Origin: Alphaproteobacteria bacterium
GTDB lineage: Bacteria > Pseudomonadota > Alphaproteobacteria > CALKHQ01
DNA: 64,000 nt
Assembly: GCA_965227515.1 (NCBI GenBank)
Contig: CBDDFZ010000001.1
Location: 1,952,001-2,016,000, forward strand
Direction: 5' to 3'
The translations under genes were made by a program, and so were the position numbers. Within the stretch, counting starts at the first letter, position 1, and every line of letters begins with the position of its first letter. The notes beneath the pieces are model-generated. The model did not search any database. It was not told where the DNA came from and worked only from the letters and a program-made list of their open reading frames with translations. Shown one piece after another: positions 9,816-19,903 of this stretch.

Positions 9816-11078
9816 TTAGGTGGTGAGCCGTTCGGAGGGCTGCCACTGGAAGCCGGCGGTGTCCGGCAGCCCCTTCAGAGGCTCCAGATCGAGGGCGCGC
9901 CAATACCCGGGGCCGGGCGTTGCCATATCTCGCACCGACTGGTCGGCCAGGATGGTGCCGGCTTCCGCCCGCGCGGCCAGGCGCGAGGCGCGATTGACCG
10001 TGGTGCCGAAGATGTCGCCATCGCGGGACAGCACCGGTCCCGCCGCCAAACCGACGTGAACCGGCAGCAGTCCGGCCTGTGGCGCCGCCGCAACGATGGC
10101 GATTGCCGCGCCCAATGCCGCGGTGGGCGTCGGGAAATGGATCAGCAGGCCATCGCCGAGCGACTTGACGATTCGGCCATGCGTGCCGCTGAGGCACCCG
10201 AGCACGAGTTCTTCGAATGCGGTGGACAGCTCCATCGCCGCAGCATCCCCGGCGCGCCGCACATAGTCGGTGTATCCGGACATATCCGCAAAGGCTATCG
10301 CCTGGACATGCGCGTGCTGCGCCGGGACGAAGTCCAACGCCGACAGCCCCGCATGCAGCCGGATCGCCACATTCTCGAACACCAATTCCTCCAGCATGCG
10401 GCGAAACAGCAGGTTCGAGACCTCGAAACCGGCGGCCTGCAGCGACTTGCGACGGGCCGCCGTCTCCATCAGCAGGGCCTGCAGCGGCAGGTTCTTCTCC
10501 GACAGCGGCAACTCGACCTCGTAGCGAAACAGATCGCGCTGGGCTTCGACGATGCGGCGCAGGGAGCTTCCATAGACGCGCATGATGCGGCGCTGCGCGC
10601 GCCGCGACAGGCCACCTGCATCCACCGCCTTCACGATCTCCAGCAGGCGCTCGTCCTCCTGCCGTGCCGTGCGCGCCAGGTCCAGGTACGGCAGACCGGC
10701 GGCGCTGAACATCGCGGTGGCGTGTTCGGTATCCAGATCGAGTTCGGCCAGGACTTCGGCATAGGTGCGTGTCGACATGGCCGCCGGCGCGGCCATCATG
10801 TTCAACGCAAACGAGAACGAGAAGATGCCGGCGGCCACGGCCTTTGCCATCTGGTCGGCGGACAGGCCGCCGTACTCGAGGCTCTCGATCAGCCTGATGA
10901 CGGTCACCCCGCCGTCATTCAACCACGCAGGCTCGATCAGCTTGAGGTCGAGATAGCGCCTGACCTGCTCTGGTTTGCAGCCGGCCAACGCCGCCATCGC
11001 GACAACCGCGCTCGCTGTCACGCCGTCCTGCGGGCGTGCCGGCACAGGATCGTCTTCGTTGGCGGCGACGGTGGACAT
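9816..11078 (-). CDS. Class III adenylate cyclase with N-terminal regulatory region
   Basis: FADMSGYT, VKSLGDGLL, HVGLAAGPV and DIFGTTVNRASRL motifs. Confidence 0.88.
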   Translation of the reverse strand: MSTVAANEDDPVPARPQDGVTASAVVAMAALAGCKPEQVRRYLDLKLIEPAWLNDGGVTVIRLIESLEYGGLSADQMAKAVAAGIFSFSFALNMMAAPAAMSTRTYAEVLAELDLDTEHATAMFSAAGLPYLDLARTARQEDERLLEIVKAVDAGGLSRRAQRRIMRVYGSSLRRIVEAQRDLFRYEVELPLSEKNLPLQALLMETAARRKSLQAAGFEVSNLLFRRMLEELVFENVAIRLHAGLSALDFVPAQHAHVQAIAFADMSGYTDYVRRAGDAAAMELSTAFEELVLGCLSGTHGRIVKSLGDGLLIHFPTPTAALGAAIAIVAAAPQAGLLPVHVGLAAGPVLSRDGDIFGTTVNRASRLAARAEAGTILADQSVRDMATPGPGYWRALDLEPLKGLPDTAGFQWQPSERLTT

Positions 11079-11176
11079 GCACCACTCTCGGGCCGGCGTT
11101 CGGCCGTGACGATTCGGTCAACGTTCCGGCAATTGGTGTGCCGAATGCCGGGGGGCAAGTCGGCACGAACTATGCG

Positions 11177-12595
11177 TCAGGCGCGCCGCAACGGCACCGC
11201 GCCATTGGCCTCGACCTCGGAAACGTCGGGCCCGATGCCGAGCAGGATCGACTTGATGTCCCGGGTCATCATGGTCTGGGCGCTGAGGTTGGCGTGGTGG
11301 ATGGTGTTCTCCATCTCGCCGGGCCAGAGCCCGCGCACGTGCGCGTCCTTCGGGTCGACCGAGATCTTCATGTCGTGCAGCAGGTCGCGCAGGGTCGCCT
11401 CGCTCAGGTCGCGGCACAGCACCCACTTGTCGCGGCCCGCCTTGGTCACGTAGCCCGCGTTCCGCAGCCGCTGCAGCACCGGCTCCACCTCGCCGGGCGC
11501 CAGCATCGCGCGCCGCTCCAGCCGAAAGCGCTTCATCGGCTTGCCGACCTTGGCCGCGCGCAACAGGACCGACAGCACCGCCGTCGCCGAGCGCAGGATG
11601 CGGGTCGGGTTGGTCTCCAGCATGGTCGAATCGCCGATGGCCACCCGCCAGTTGCCCAGCGACGAGGCGATGCAGGCGCCGATCAGGATCACCACCCAGG
11701 CGAAGTACGTCCACATCAGCAGCAGCGGCAGGATGAAGATCGTCGAGTAGATCGTCTCGTAGAGCTCGGGCTTGATCAGGTAGGCCGTGAAGGTCTCGCG
11801 CAGCAGCGCGAACGCCACGGCGGTGAAGACGCCGCCAATGAAGGCGTGCAGCCACGGCACGGTACAGTTCGGCAGGATCTTGTTGAGCAGCGTGAAGCCC
11901 GCGACCGACAGCACCGCCGGCATGATGTAGATGAGGGTCTCCACGAACCAGCCGCGGTCGACGTCCGGAATGACGATGGGCTCCATCGACTTCGCGCCGT
12001 CGGTCAGCATGGTGAAGGCATCGCTGGACAGCGACAGGCTGGCGCCCAGCAGCAGCGGGCCCAGGGTGATGACGGTCCAGCCGGTGAGGATGCGGATCGC
12101 CAGCGAGCGGGATTCGCCGACCCGCCACACCCGGTTGAAGGCGCTTTCGATGTTGATGACCAGCAGCACCGAGGTCACGGCCAGCGCAACCACGCCGACT
12201 GCGGGCAGGCCGCCGGTATTGCCGATGTAGTCGGCCACGTATTCTGAGACCTGGTTGCCGAATTCCGGCACGAAGTTCGCGAGCACGAACTCCTGCAGCT
12301 GCGCCTGCGCATCCTCGAACACCGCGAAACCGGTCAGGATGGTCACGGCGATCGCGATCAGCGGCACCAGGGCCAGCAGGAACGAGAACGCCAGCGAAGC
12401 CGCCGACGTGGTGCCGCCATCGTCGATGAAGCGGTTGGTCACGTAGACGACGAACATGCCCAGATTGCGCAGGCCACGCAGGGTGGCGGCCGCGAAGTTG
12501 CGCGGCTTCACGCCGTCCGCGTCGTCGACCGCGCCATCCGGGTCCAGGTCGTCCTGATCCAGTTCACCCGGGCCTTTGCCGGTAATGTCGCTCAT
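11177..12595 (-). CDS. YihY/BrkB family membrane protein with C-terminal winged-helix extension
   Basis: AASLAFSFLLALVP, IESAFNRVW and W.YFAWVVILIGA motifs. Confidence 0.88.
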   Translation of the reverse strand: MSDITGKGPGELDQDDLDPDGAVDDADGVKPRNFAAATLRGLRNLGMFVVYVTNRFIDDGGTTSAASLAFSFLLALVPLIAIAVTILTGFAVFEDAQAQLQEFVLANFVPEFGNQVSEYVADYIGNTGGLPAVGVVALAVTSVLLVINIESAFNRVWRVGESRSLAIRILTGWTVITLGPLLLGASLSLSSDAFTMLTDGAKSMEPIVIPDVDRGWFVETLIYIMPAVLSVAGFTLLNKILPNCTVPWLHAFIGGVFTAVAFALLRETFTAYLIKPELYETIYSTIFILPLLLMWTYFAWVVILIGACIASSLGNWRVAIGDSTMLETNPTRILRSATAVLSVLLRAAKVGKPMKRFRLERRAMLAPGEVEPVLQRLRNAGYVTKAGRDKWVLCRDLSEATLRDLLHDMKISVDPKDAHVRGLWPGEMENTIHHANLSAQTMMTRDIKSILLGIGPDVSEVEANGAVPLRRA

Positions 12596-12785
12596 ATCGT
12601 GCTCTCGGTTTCGCGCTCCTGCACCCCGCGTCGCCAAGTATAGCGCAAAAGTGGATTATTTGCGGCAACCTCCGTTACGGGTGCCGCTGGGCTGTTGCTG
12701 CGGTGCTGCATTTGTGTAGATTCCGGCCACTTCGAGGCGCCCCGACATTGCGGACTCGGCGCCGGGCTTCAAAAAGGACGTGGCA

Positions 12786-13625
12786 ATGAGCGAAAGCACG
12801 GCGTTGATGGCTGGCAAGCGCGGCTTGATCATGGGGGTCGCGAACGACCGATCCATCGCCTGGGGCATCGCCAAGGCCGTCGCCGCCCATGGCGCGGAAC
12901 TCGCCTTCACCTACCAGGGCGAGGCGTTGGAGCGCCGGGTGCGCCCGCTGGCCGAGAGCCTGGGCGCGCCGGTGCTGCTGCCGTGCGACGTGACCGACGA
13001 GGCCAGCATGGACGCCCTGTTCGACAACCTGGCCGAGCGCTGGGGGCAGATCGACTTCGTCGTCCACGCCATCGCGTTCGCCGACAAGGAAGAGCTGAAG
13101 GGCGGCTATGTCGACACGTCGCTGAAGAACTTCCTGAATTCGATGCACATCTCCTGCTACTCGTTCACCGATGTCAGCCGCCGCGCCGCCAAGCTGATGC
13201 CCGAGGGCGGCAGCCTGCTGACCATGACCTACTACGGTGCCGAGCAGGTGATGCCGCACTACAACGTCATGGGCGTCGCCAAGGCGGCGCTGGAGGCCAG
13301 CGTGCGCTATCTCGCCGCCGACCTGGGGCCGAAGGCGATCCGCGTCAACGCGGTCTCGGCCGGGCCGATCAAGACGCTGGCGGCCTCCGGCATCGGCGAT
13401 TTCCGCACCATCCTGCGCTGGAACGAGCTGAACGCGCCGCTGCGCCGCAACGTCACCGTCGACGATGTCGGCGGGGCCGGGCTCTACCTGCTGTCCGACC
13501 TGGGGTCGGCGGTCACCGGCGAGGTCCATCACGTCGACTGCGGCTACCACACCGTCGGCATGATCGCGGTCGAGCAGGCCGAGGCCATCGCCGAACTGCT
13601 GAAGGCGCACGGCAAGGCGAGTTAA
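12786..13625 (+). CDS. fabI: Enoyl-ACP reductase
   Basis: GKRGLIMGVANDRSIAWGIA, YNVMGVAKAALE and SAGPIKTLAASGI. Confidence 0.96.
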   Translation: MSESTALMAGKRGLIMGVANDRSIAWGIAKAVAAHGAELAFTYQGEALERRVRPLAESLGAPVLLPCDVTDEASMDALFDNLAERWGQIDFVVHAIAFADKEELKGGYVDTSLKNFLNSMHISCYSFTDVSRRAAKLMPEGGSLLTMTYYGAEQVMPHYNVMGVAKAALEASVRYLAADLGPKAIRVNAVSAGPIKTLAASGIGDFRTILRWNELNAPLRRNVTVDDVGGAGLYLLSDLGSAVTGEVHHVDCGYHTVGMIAVEQAEAIAELLKAHGKAS

Positions 13626-13646
13626 GCTTTAACATTTCAGTCGGCA

Positions 13647-13718
13647 CCGGCCCTCACCCCCACCCGGCCGCCCACTCAGGATACTACCGTTGGGTGGCCG
13701 GGTAGGGGTGAGGGCTGG
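13647..13718. repeat. Palindromic element with 28-bp arms
   Basis: CCGGCCCTCACCCCCACCCGGCCGCCCA / TGGGTGGCCGGGTAGGGGTGAGGGCTGG. Confidence 0.75.
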
Positions 13719-13757
13719 CGCAGACTTCGGCGCGAGCATCGCACGAGGAATTTCGGC

Positions 13758-14861
13758 TTGTCAGCAAACGGCTTCGGCCACCTGTTTCGGTTCACCACCT
13801 GGGGCGAGAGCCACGGCCCTGCCATCGGCTGCGTGGTCGACGGCACCCCGCCCGGCGTGCCGCTGAGCGAGGCCGACATCCAGCACTGGCTGGACCGCCG
13901 CAAGCCGGGGCAGAGCCGGTTCACCACCCAGCGCCGCGAGGCTGACGAGGTGGCGATCCAGTCCGGCGTGTTCGAGGGGGTAACCACCGGCACGCCAATC
14001 GGGCTGGTGATCCACAACACCGACCAGCGCAGCCGCGACTATTCGGAGATCAAGGACCAGTTCCGGCCCGGCCACGCCGACTACACCTATCAGGCCAAAT
14101 ATGGCGTGCGGGACTATCGCGGCGGCGGCCGCTCGTCGGCGCGCGAGACCGCCATGCGGGTCGCGGCCGGCGGCATCGCCCGCAAGGCGCTGTCCCATCT
14201 GCTGGGCAAGGCGTTTTCGGTGCGCGGCGCGCTGGTGCAGGTCGGCCCGCACCGCATCGACCCGGCGCGCTGGGACTGGGCGGAAGTGGAGAACAACCCG
14301 TTCTGGTGCCCGGATGCCGAGATGGCGGCGCAATGGACCGATTTCCTGGATGACGTGCGCAAGGCGGGCTCGTCGGTGGGTGCGGTGATCGAGGTTCATG
14401 CCAGCGGCGTGCCGGTCGGGCTCGGCGCGCCGGTCTACGACAAGCTCGACGCCGACCTGGCCAAGGCGCTGATGAGCATCAACGCCGTGAAGGGCGTGGA
14501 AATCGGCGACGGATTTGCCACCGCCGCGCTGCGTGGCGAGGAGAACGCCGACGAGATGCTGCCGGGCAATGACGGCCATCCGGTGTTCCTGTCGAACCAC
14601 GCCGGCGGCATCCTGGGCGGCATCTCCACTGGCCAGAACATCGTTGCCCGCTTCGCGGTGAAGCCGACCAGCTCGATCCTGACGCCCCGCCGCTCGGTCG
14701 ACGTGTCGGGGGACGCGGTGGAGGTGCGGACGAAGGGGCGCCACGATCCCTGTGTCGGCATCCGTGGCGTGCCGGTGGGCGAGGCTATGGTCGCCTGCGT
14801 GGTGCTGGATCATCTGCTGCGCCATCGCGGCCAGTGCGGCATTCGTCACGACGATGACTAG
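13758..14861 (+). CDS. aroC: Chorismate synthase
   Basis: [25 protein letters not shown] and GRHDPCV; TTG start with GAGG RBS. Confidence 0.97.
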   Translation: MSANGFGHLFRFTTWGESHGPAIGCVVDGTPPGVPLSEADIQHWLDRRKPGQSRFTTQRREADEVAIQSGVFEGVTTGTPIGLVIHNTDQRSRDYSEIKDQFRPGHADYTYQAKYGVRDYRGGGRSSARETAMRVAAGGIARKALSHLLGKAFSVRGALVQVGPHRIDPARWDWAEVENNPFWCPDAEMAAQWTDFLDDVRKAGSSVGAVIEVHASGVPVGLGAPVYDKLDADLAKALMSINAVKGVEIGDGFATAALRGEENADEMLPGNDGHPVFLSNHAGGILGGISTGQNIVARFAVKPTSSILTPRRSVDVSGDAVEVRTKGRHDPCVGIRGVPVGEAMVACVVLDHLLRHRGQCGIRHDDD

Positions 14862-14866
14862 AGAAG

Positions 14867-16681
14867 ATGACTAGACAGGCCGCGCCGCACTACGTCCCGT
14901 CCGGCCAACGCCGTGGTTTCTGGCGGCGCCTGGGCCGGATCGTGGTGGTGGCGCTGGCGGTGTTCGGCGGCCTCTCGATCGTCGGCAATGGCATCGGCAT
15001 CTTCCTGCTGACGCGGATTTCGTCCACCGACGACCTACCCGACGGTGATCTGATCCTCACGGTCGACCTTGGCGCCGGGGTGGAGGAACTGCCGACCGCC
15101 GGTCCGTTCGGCCTGGGTGGGCCGACCGGCCTGTCGCTGCCGACCCTGGTGGCCACCCTGAACGACGCCGCGACCGACCCGCGCGTGGTCGCGGTGGCGG
15201 TCGACCTGGGCGGTGCGGCGCTGGGCCTGGGCACGGCCGAGGAACTGCGTCTGGCGCTTGGCGAGGTGCGGCTGGCCGGCAAGCCGGTCTACGCCTATGC
15301 CACCACGTTCGGCGCCATCGGCAACGGCACCGTGCCTTACTACCTCGCCAGCATCGCCGACGAGGTGTGGATGGCGCCCGCCGGCTCGGTCGGCCTGATC
15401 GGGCTGATGCTGGAGCAGCCATTCTTCGGCAATGCGGTGGACTGGCTGGGCCTGGAGGCCCGCGTCGTGCAGCGCGAGGCCTACAAGTCGGCGGCCGAGC
15501 CGATGACCCGGGACGGTTTCAGCCCGGCTGCGCGCGAGAGCCTGCAACGGCTGGTCGACAGCTTCATGGAGACCATCGTCGGCGCCATCGCGCACGACCG
15601 TGGCCTCGACCTGGATGTCGTGGCCAGCCTGGTCGACGACCCGCCGCAGGAGCCGGGACAGGCGATCTTCACCCGGCTGGTCGACGCACTGGGCTTCCGC
15701 GACCAGATGGACGCCGAGATCGCGGCGCAATTCCCCGCCGCCAGCACGGTCACATACGACGACTATCGCGCCAATCGGCCCGAGCACGAGACGGTTGCCA
15801 AGGTGGCGCTGGTGATGGCGGTCGGCCTCGTCGTCGACGACGGCGTCGGCGTGCCGCTGGACGAGCCGATGGTCACGCCGTCCACCGTCGGCCAGGCGCT
15901 GGTCGACGCGCTGGAGGACAACAGCATCCAGGCCGTCGTGCTGCGCATCGACAGCCCCGGCGGATCCTATCTCGCCTCCGACGCCATTTGGCGCCAGGTG
16001 GTGCGTCTGACCGAGGCCGGCAAGCCGGTGATCGCCAGCATGGGCGACGTGGCGGCGTCGGGCGGCTACTACATCGCGATGCCGGCCGACGAGATCGTGG
16101 CCCAGGCCGGCACCCTGACCGGCTCCATCGGCGTCATCGCCGGCAAGCCGGTGATCGACGAGATGACGGCGCGCATCGGCATCACCTGGGACCGGGTGAC
16201 GGTGGGCGAGAACGCGGCGATGTTCTCCTACGCGTCCGATTTCACCGAGGCGCAGTGGGACGCCTACAACGCCACCCTCGACCGCATCTACCAGGACTTC
16301 GTCGACAAGGCGGCGGCCGGCCGCGGCATGGAGCCCGACGAGATGCAGCAATATGCGCAGGGCCGGGTGTGGAGCGGGGCCGACGCGCTGGAGCGCGGCC
16401 TGGTCGACCGGATCGGCGGCTATGGCACCGCCTTCGATGCCGTGCGCGATCATCTCGGCCTGCCGCAGGACGCAGCACTGGAGGTGGTGACGTTGCCGGA
16501 GCAGCCCTCGGCCCTGGACATGCTGCTGGGCCTGTTGCAGGCACCGGCGCCCGGCGTCGTCACGGTGATGCCGTCGCCAAGCGTGGCGATCACGCTGCCT
16601 GCGCCGGCTGGCGCGCTGGTCGAAGCGCTGACGCCGCCGGTCGGCGTGCTGCAGCTGCCCTATTTCAGGATCGGCGGTTAG
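14867..16681 (+). CDS. sppA: Signal peptide peptidase SppA (67K type, S49)
   Basis: N-terminal TM, YKSAAEP (Lys), LRIDSPGGS, AASGGYY (Ser), TGSIGV and AQGRVWSG. Confidence 0.9.
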   Translation: MTRQAAPHYVPSGQRRGFWRRLGRIVVVALAVFGGLSIVGNGIGIFLLTRISSTDDLPDGDLILTVDLGAGVEELPTAGPFGLGGPTGLSLPTLVATLNDAATDPRVVAVAVDLGGAALGLGTAEELRLALGEVRLAGKPVYAYATTFGAIGNGTVPYYLASIADEVWMAPAGSVGLIGLMLEQPFFGNAVDWLGLEARVVQREAYKSAAEPMTRDGFSPAARESLQRLVDSFMETIVGAIAHDRGLDLDVVASLVDDPPQEPGQAIFTRLVDALGFRDQMDAEIAAQFPAASTVTYDDYRANRPEHETVAKVALVMAVGLVVDDGVGVPLDEPMVTPSTVGQALVDALEDNSIQAVVLRIDSPGGSYLASDAIWRQVVRLTEAGKPVIASMGDVAASGGYYIAMPADEIVAQAGTLTGSIGVIAGKPVIDEMTARIGITWDRVTVGENAAMFSYASDFTEAQWDAYNATLDRIYQDFVDKAAAGRGMEPDEMQQYAQGRVWSGADALERGLVDRIGGYGTAFDAVRDHLGLPQDAALEVVTLPEQPSALDMLLGLLQAPAPGVVTVMPSPSVAITLPAPAGALVEALTPPVGVLQLPYFRIGG

Positions 16682-16793
16682 CGGCAGGTAGCGGCCAAGC
16701 GGCGGATTGTGCACAATCGCCGGTAGCGATATGCGGCCATGCGTGCCGCGATAACTCAATGAGAACGACAGCCCGTTGGGGAGGGAAACCACG

Positions 16794-17708
16794 ATGTTGA
16801 AGCAGATATTGATTGCTGCCGCCATGGCAGGCGTTGCGGCGCCGGCGATGGCGCAGGAGCGGGTGGCCATCGGCACCGGCGGCACCGGCGGCGTGTTCTA
16901 CGCGGTCGGCGCCGGCATGGCCGAGATCATCAACGAGCATCTGGACGGCGTGACCGCCAATGCCGAGGTGACCGGCGCGTCCATCGAGAACATCCGCCGC
17001 GTTTCCATGGGCGAGATGACCATCGGGTTTTCCAGCGCCTCGACGCTCTATGCCGGCGCGCAAGGCGAGGAGCCGTTCGACGAGGTGCAGAACGTCGCCG
17101 CCATCGCCTATCTCTATCCGGCGGTGCTGCAGATCGCGGCGTCCGACGGTGCCGGCGTGCTGTCGATCGAGGACCTGGCCAACGTCGCGGTCGGCATCGG
17201 CCCGCCCGGGTCGAACTCCTCGGTGATCTCCGAGCGGCTGCTCACCGCCTATGACGCGTTCAACATCGACAACGTGCAGTTCCTCTCCTACGGCGAGGCG
17301 ACGGCGGCGATCAAGGACGGCAATCTGGACGCGACCATGGTGCTGGCCGGCGTGCCGGCAGCGGCCCTGATCGAGCTGATGACGACCACCGAGTCCAGCC
17401 TGGTGGCGGTGGACCCCGACCGGGTGGCAGGCCTGCTGGAGGAATACTCGTTCTACCGCCTGGTCGACATTCCGGGGGGTATCTACGAGGGCGAGGACGA
17501 CGCTGTCGCGGCGTTGGGCGACCCGGCGATCCTGTTCGCGTCGTCGGAAGCCGACGAGGAGCTGATCTACAACATCACCAAGACGCTATTCGACAATCTG
17601 GAGGCCCTGGGTGCCGTGCACCCGGCGGCGGCGAAGATCACGGCGGAAGGCGCCCCCGACACGCCCATCGACCTGCACCCCGGCGCCGCGCGGTATTTCA
17701 ACGAGTAG
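16794..17708 (+). CDS. TAXI family TRAP transporter solute-binding protein
   Basis: Signal peptide, IGTGGTGGVFY, TGASIEN and LHPGAARYF. Confidence 0.92.
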   Translation: MLKQILIAAAMAGVAAPAMAQERVAIGTGGTGGVFYAVGAGMAEIINEHLDGVTANAEVTGASIENIRRVSMGEMTIGFSSASTLYAGAQGEEPFDEVQNVAAIAYLYPAVLQIAASDGAGVLSIEDLANVAVGIGPPGSNSSVISERLLTAYDAFNIDNVQFLSYGEATAAIKDGNLDATMVLAGVPAAALIELMTTTESSLVAVDPDRVAGLLEEYSFYRLVDIPGGIYEGEDDAVAALGDPAILFASSEADEELIYNITKTLFDNLEALGAVHPAAAKITAEGAPDTPIDLHPGAARYFNE

Positions 17709-17744
17709 TCGCTTCGGCGCACGGCCAACAAGGTAGTCTCAATC

Positions 17745-17919
17745 GTCGCCCTCGCCCTTGTGGCGAGGGCCCATCCTTGGCCAACCTGCTGGCGCAGAAG
17801 CAAGCAGTTGAGGTGTCGATGGCCGGATGACCAGCCGACGCGCATCGCGCTGCGCAGCCTCGCCTGGCAACACAATGCGTGGCACAGCGATGGGCCCTCG
17901 CCACAAGGGCGAGGGCGAC
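17745..17919. repeat. 175-bp element with perfect 31-bp terminal inverted repeats
   Basis: GTCGCCCTCGCCCTTGTGGCGAGGGCCCATC and its exact reverse complement at 17889-17919; second copy at 32743. Confidence 0.85.
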
Positions 17920-17947
17920 AAGGATTGTTGGGTTGCGGCAAGGCGCA

Positions 17948-19903
17948 ATGACACCCGATAGCAACAACACCGTGCCGCAAACCCACCTCCACGCCTTCGC
18001 CGCCAAGGCGCTGCCGGGCGCCACGGGCGGGCGGCGCGAGCGGGTGGCGGCGGCGCTGGCGGTTGCCGTGCTGTCGGTCGCGGTGTGTGTGCTGATCCTG
18101 TGGACCGCCTATTTCGGCGGCTTGACCGCCCTCCTGCTGCGCTCGCTGTTCTTCTCGCTGATGGCCGCCGCCGGGCTGGTGGTGATCGCCAGCCGGCAAC
18201 CGCAGGCGTGGCTGCGCGCCGCACTCTACCTGCTGGCGGCGGCAGCGCTGCTGCCCGGCCCCTACCTCTATTTCAACTACGTCGACATCATCCGCGGCGG
18301 CGCCATCGCCAACGGCATCGACCGCGCGCTGTTCGTGCTCTGCATCGTCGTCATCGTCGTGCTGTCGCGGGCCACCATCGGCTGGGTGATGGTCGGGCTG
18401 TCGGTGGTGGCGCTGGCCTACGCCTATTTCGGCGACCTCATCCCCGGTGCCTACGGCCATGGCGGCTACACCACAGGACGGCTGACCTCCAACCTGTTCC
18501 TGCGCACCGAGGGCATCTTCGGGCTGCCGATGGGGGTGGCGGCGCAATACATCTTGCTGTTCTCGCTGCTCGGCGGCATCCTGATCAAGTCGGGGCTGGG
18601 CCAGGTGTTCGTCGATCTGGCACACGCGCTGACCGGCCGCGTACAGGGCGGGCCGGGGCTGACCGCCGTGGTCTCGTCGACCATGTTCTCGTCGATCAAC
18701 GGGTCGGCGGTGGCCGGCGTCGTCACCACCGGCACCTTCACCATCCCGCTGATGAAGCGCACCGGCTACCGGCCGAAGGTGGCGGGCGCCATCGAGGCCG
18801 CGGCATCGTCGGCCGGCCAGATCATGCCGCCCGTAATGGGGGCCGCCGCCTTCCTGATGGCGGAGATGACCGGGATCGAATACGCCGAGGTGGCCGCCGC
18901 CGCCCTGATCCCGGCGTTCATGTACGTGTTCGCGGTGCTGGTGGCGGTGCGGCTGGAGGCGGGCAAGTTCAACCTGGCCCGCAGCGACCCCGCCGACGTG
19001 CCCTCGGTCTGGTCGGTGCTGCGCCAGCGCGGCTACATGCTGCTGCCGCTGGTCGCCCTGGTCGGCTTCCTGGTCTACGGCTACACGCCGGCCAAGTCGG
19101 CGGTGATCTGCGTGGTCGCCGCGCTCCTGATCTCGCCCTGGTCGAGGGCGACCCGCATCGGCCCGCGTGCGCTGGTCGAGGTGGCGGTCGACACCGTGCG
19201 CAACATCCTGCCGGTGCTGGCCGCCGTCGCCACCGCCGGCGTGCTGATCGGTGTGCTGACGCTGACCGGGCTGGCACTCCAGATCTCGTCGCTGATTCTG
19301 GCGGCGGGCGGCGACAGCCTGTTCCTGGTGCTGGTCTTCACCATGGTGGCGTCGTTCGTCTTGGGCCTCGGCATGCCGACATCGGCGGCCTACCTGCTGC
19401 TGGCGATCCTGGTCGCCCCGGCGCTGGAAGGCTTCGGCCTGCCGGTGATCGCCGCCCATATGTTCATCTTTTACTACGGGCTGCTGTCGGCGATCACGCC
19501 GCCGGTGGCTCTGGCCGCCTATGCCGGTGCGTCGATCGCCGGGTCGCGCCCGAACGAGACCGCGCTGGAGGCGATACGCCTCGGCTTCGTGAAGGTGATC
19601 GCGCCGTTCCTGTTCGTCTACGCGCCCGAACTGCTGTTGATCGGCTCGCCGCTGGAGATCGCGATTGCCGCCGCCGCCGCGTTCGCCGCGGTGTTCGCGC
19701 TGGGGGCTGCGATGACCGGGTGGATCGGCCGCCTGCTCTGTGTCGCGGAACGCGTGGCGCTGGTGGGGGCAGCGGTGCTATTGATTGCCCCACTGGCCGA
19801 CGCGCAAACCGAAGCGCTGTCGCTGGTTCTGAAGGCAGCGGGCGGCGCGATCCTTGCAGCCGTGCTCTGGCTCAGCATCAAAGGACGCACGCGTATTGTC
19901 TGA
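17948..19903 (+). CDS. TRAP transporter fused 4TM/12TM permease
   Basis: GSAVAGVVTTGTFTIPLMK, AASSAGQIMPPVMGAAAF, LGLGMPTSAAY and ITPPVALAAY. Confidence 0.93.
   Translation: MTPDSNNTVPQTHLHAFAAKALPGATGGRRERVAAALAVAVLSVAVCVLILWTAYFGGLTALLLRSLFFSLMAAAGLVVIASRQPQAWLRAALYLLAAAALLPGPYLYFNYVDIIRGGAIANGIDRALFVLCIVVIVVLSRATIGWVMVGLSVVALAYAYFGDLIPGAYGHGGYTTGRLTSNLFLRTEGIFGLPMGVAAQYILLFSLLGGILIKSGLGQVFVDLAHALTGRVQGGPGLTAVVSSTMFSSINGSAVAGVVTTGTFTIPLMKRTGYRPKVAGAIEAAASSAGQIMPPVMGAAAFLMAEMTGIEYAEVAAAALIPAFMYVFAVLVAVRLEAGKFNLARSDPADVPSVWSVLRQRGYMLLPLVALVGFLVYGYTPAKSAVICVVAALLISPWSRATRIGPRALVEVAVDTVRNILPVLAAVATAGVLIGVLTLTGLALQISSLILAAGGDSLFLVLVFTMVASFVLGLGMPTSAAYLLLAILVAPALEGFGLPVIAAHMFIFYYGLLSAITPPVALAAYAGASIAGSRPNETALEAIRLGFVKVIAPFLFVYAPELLLIGSPLEIAIAAAAAFAAVFALGAAMTGWIGRLLCVAERVALVGAAVLLIAPLADAQTEALSLVLKAAGGAILAAVLWLSIKGRTRIV

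Noticed and set aside
11010-11078. Signal peptide for the LAGC pseudo-lipobox in the adenylate cyclase
   Set aside because: The N-terminus is acidic with no basic n-region, and the segment fits an HTH-like helix better
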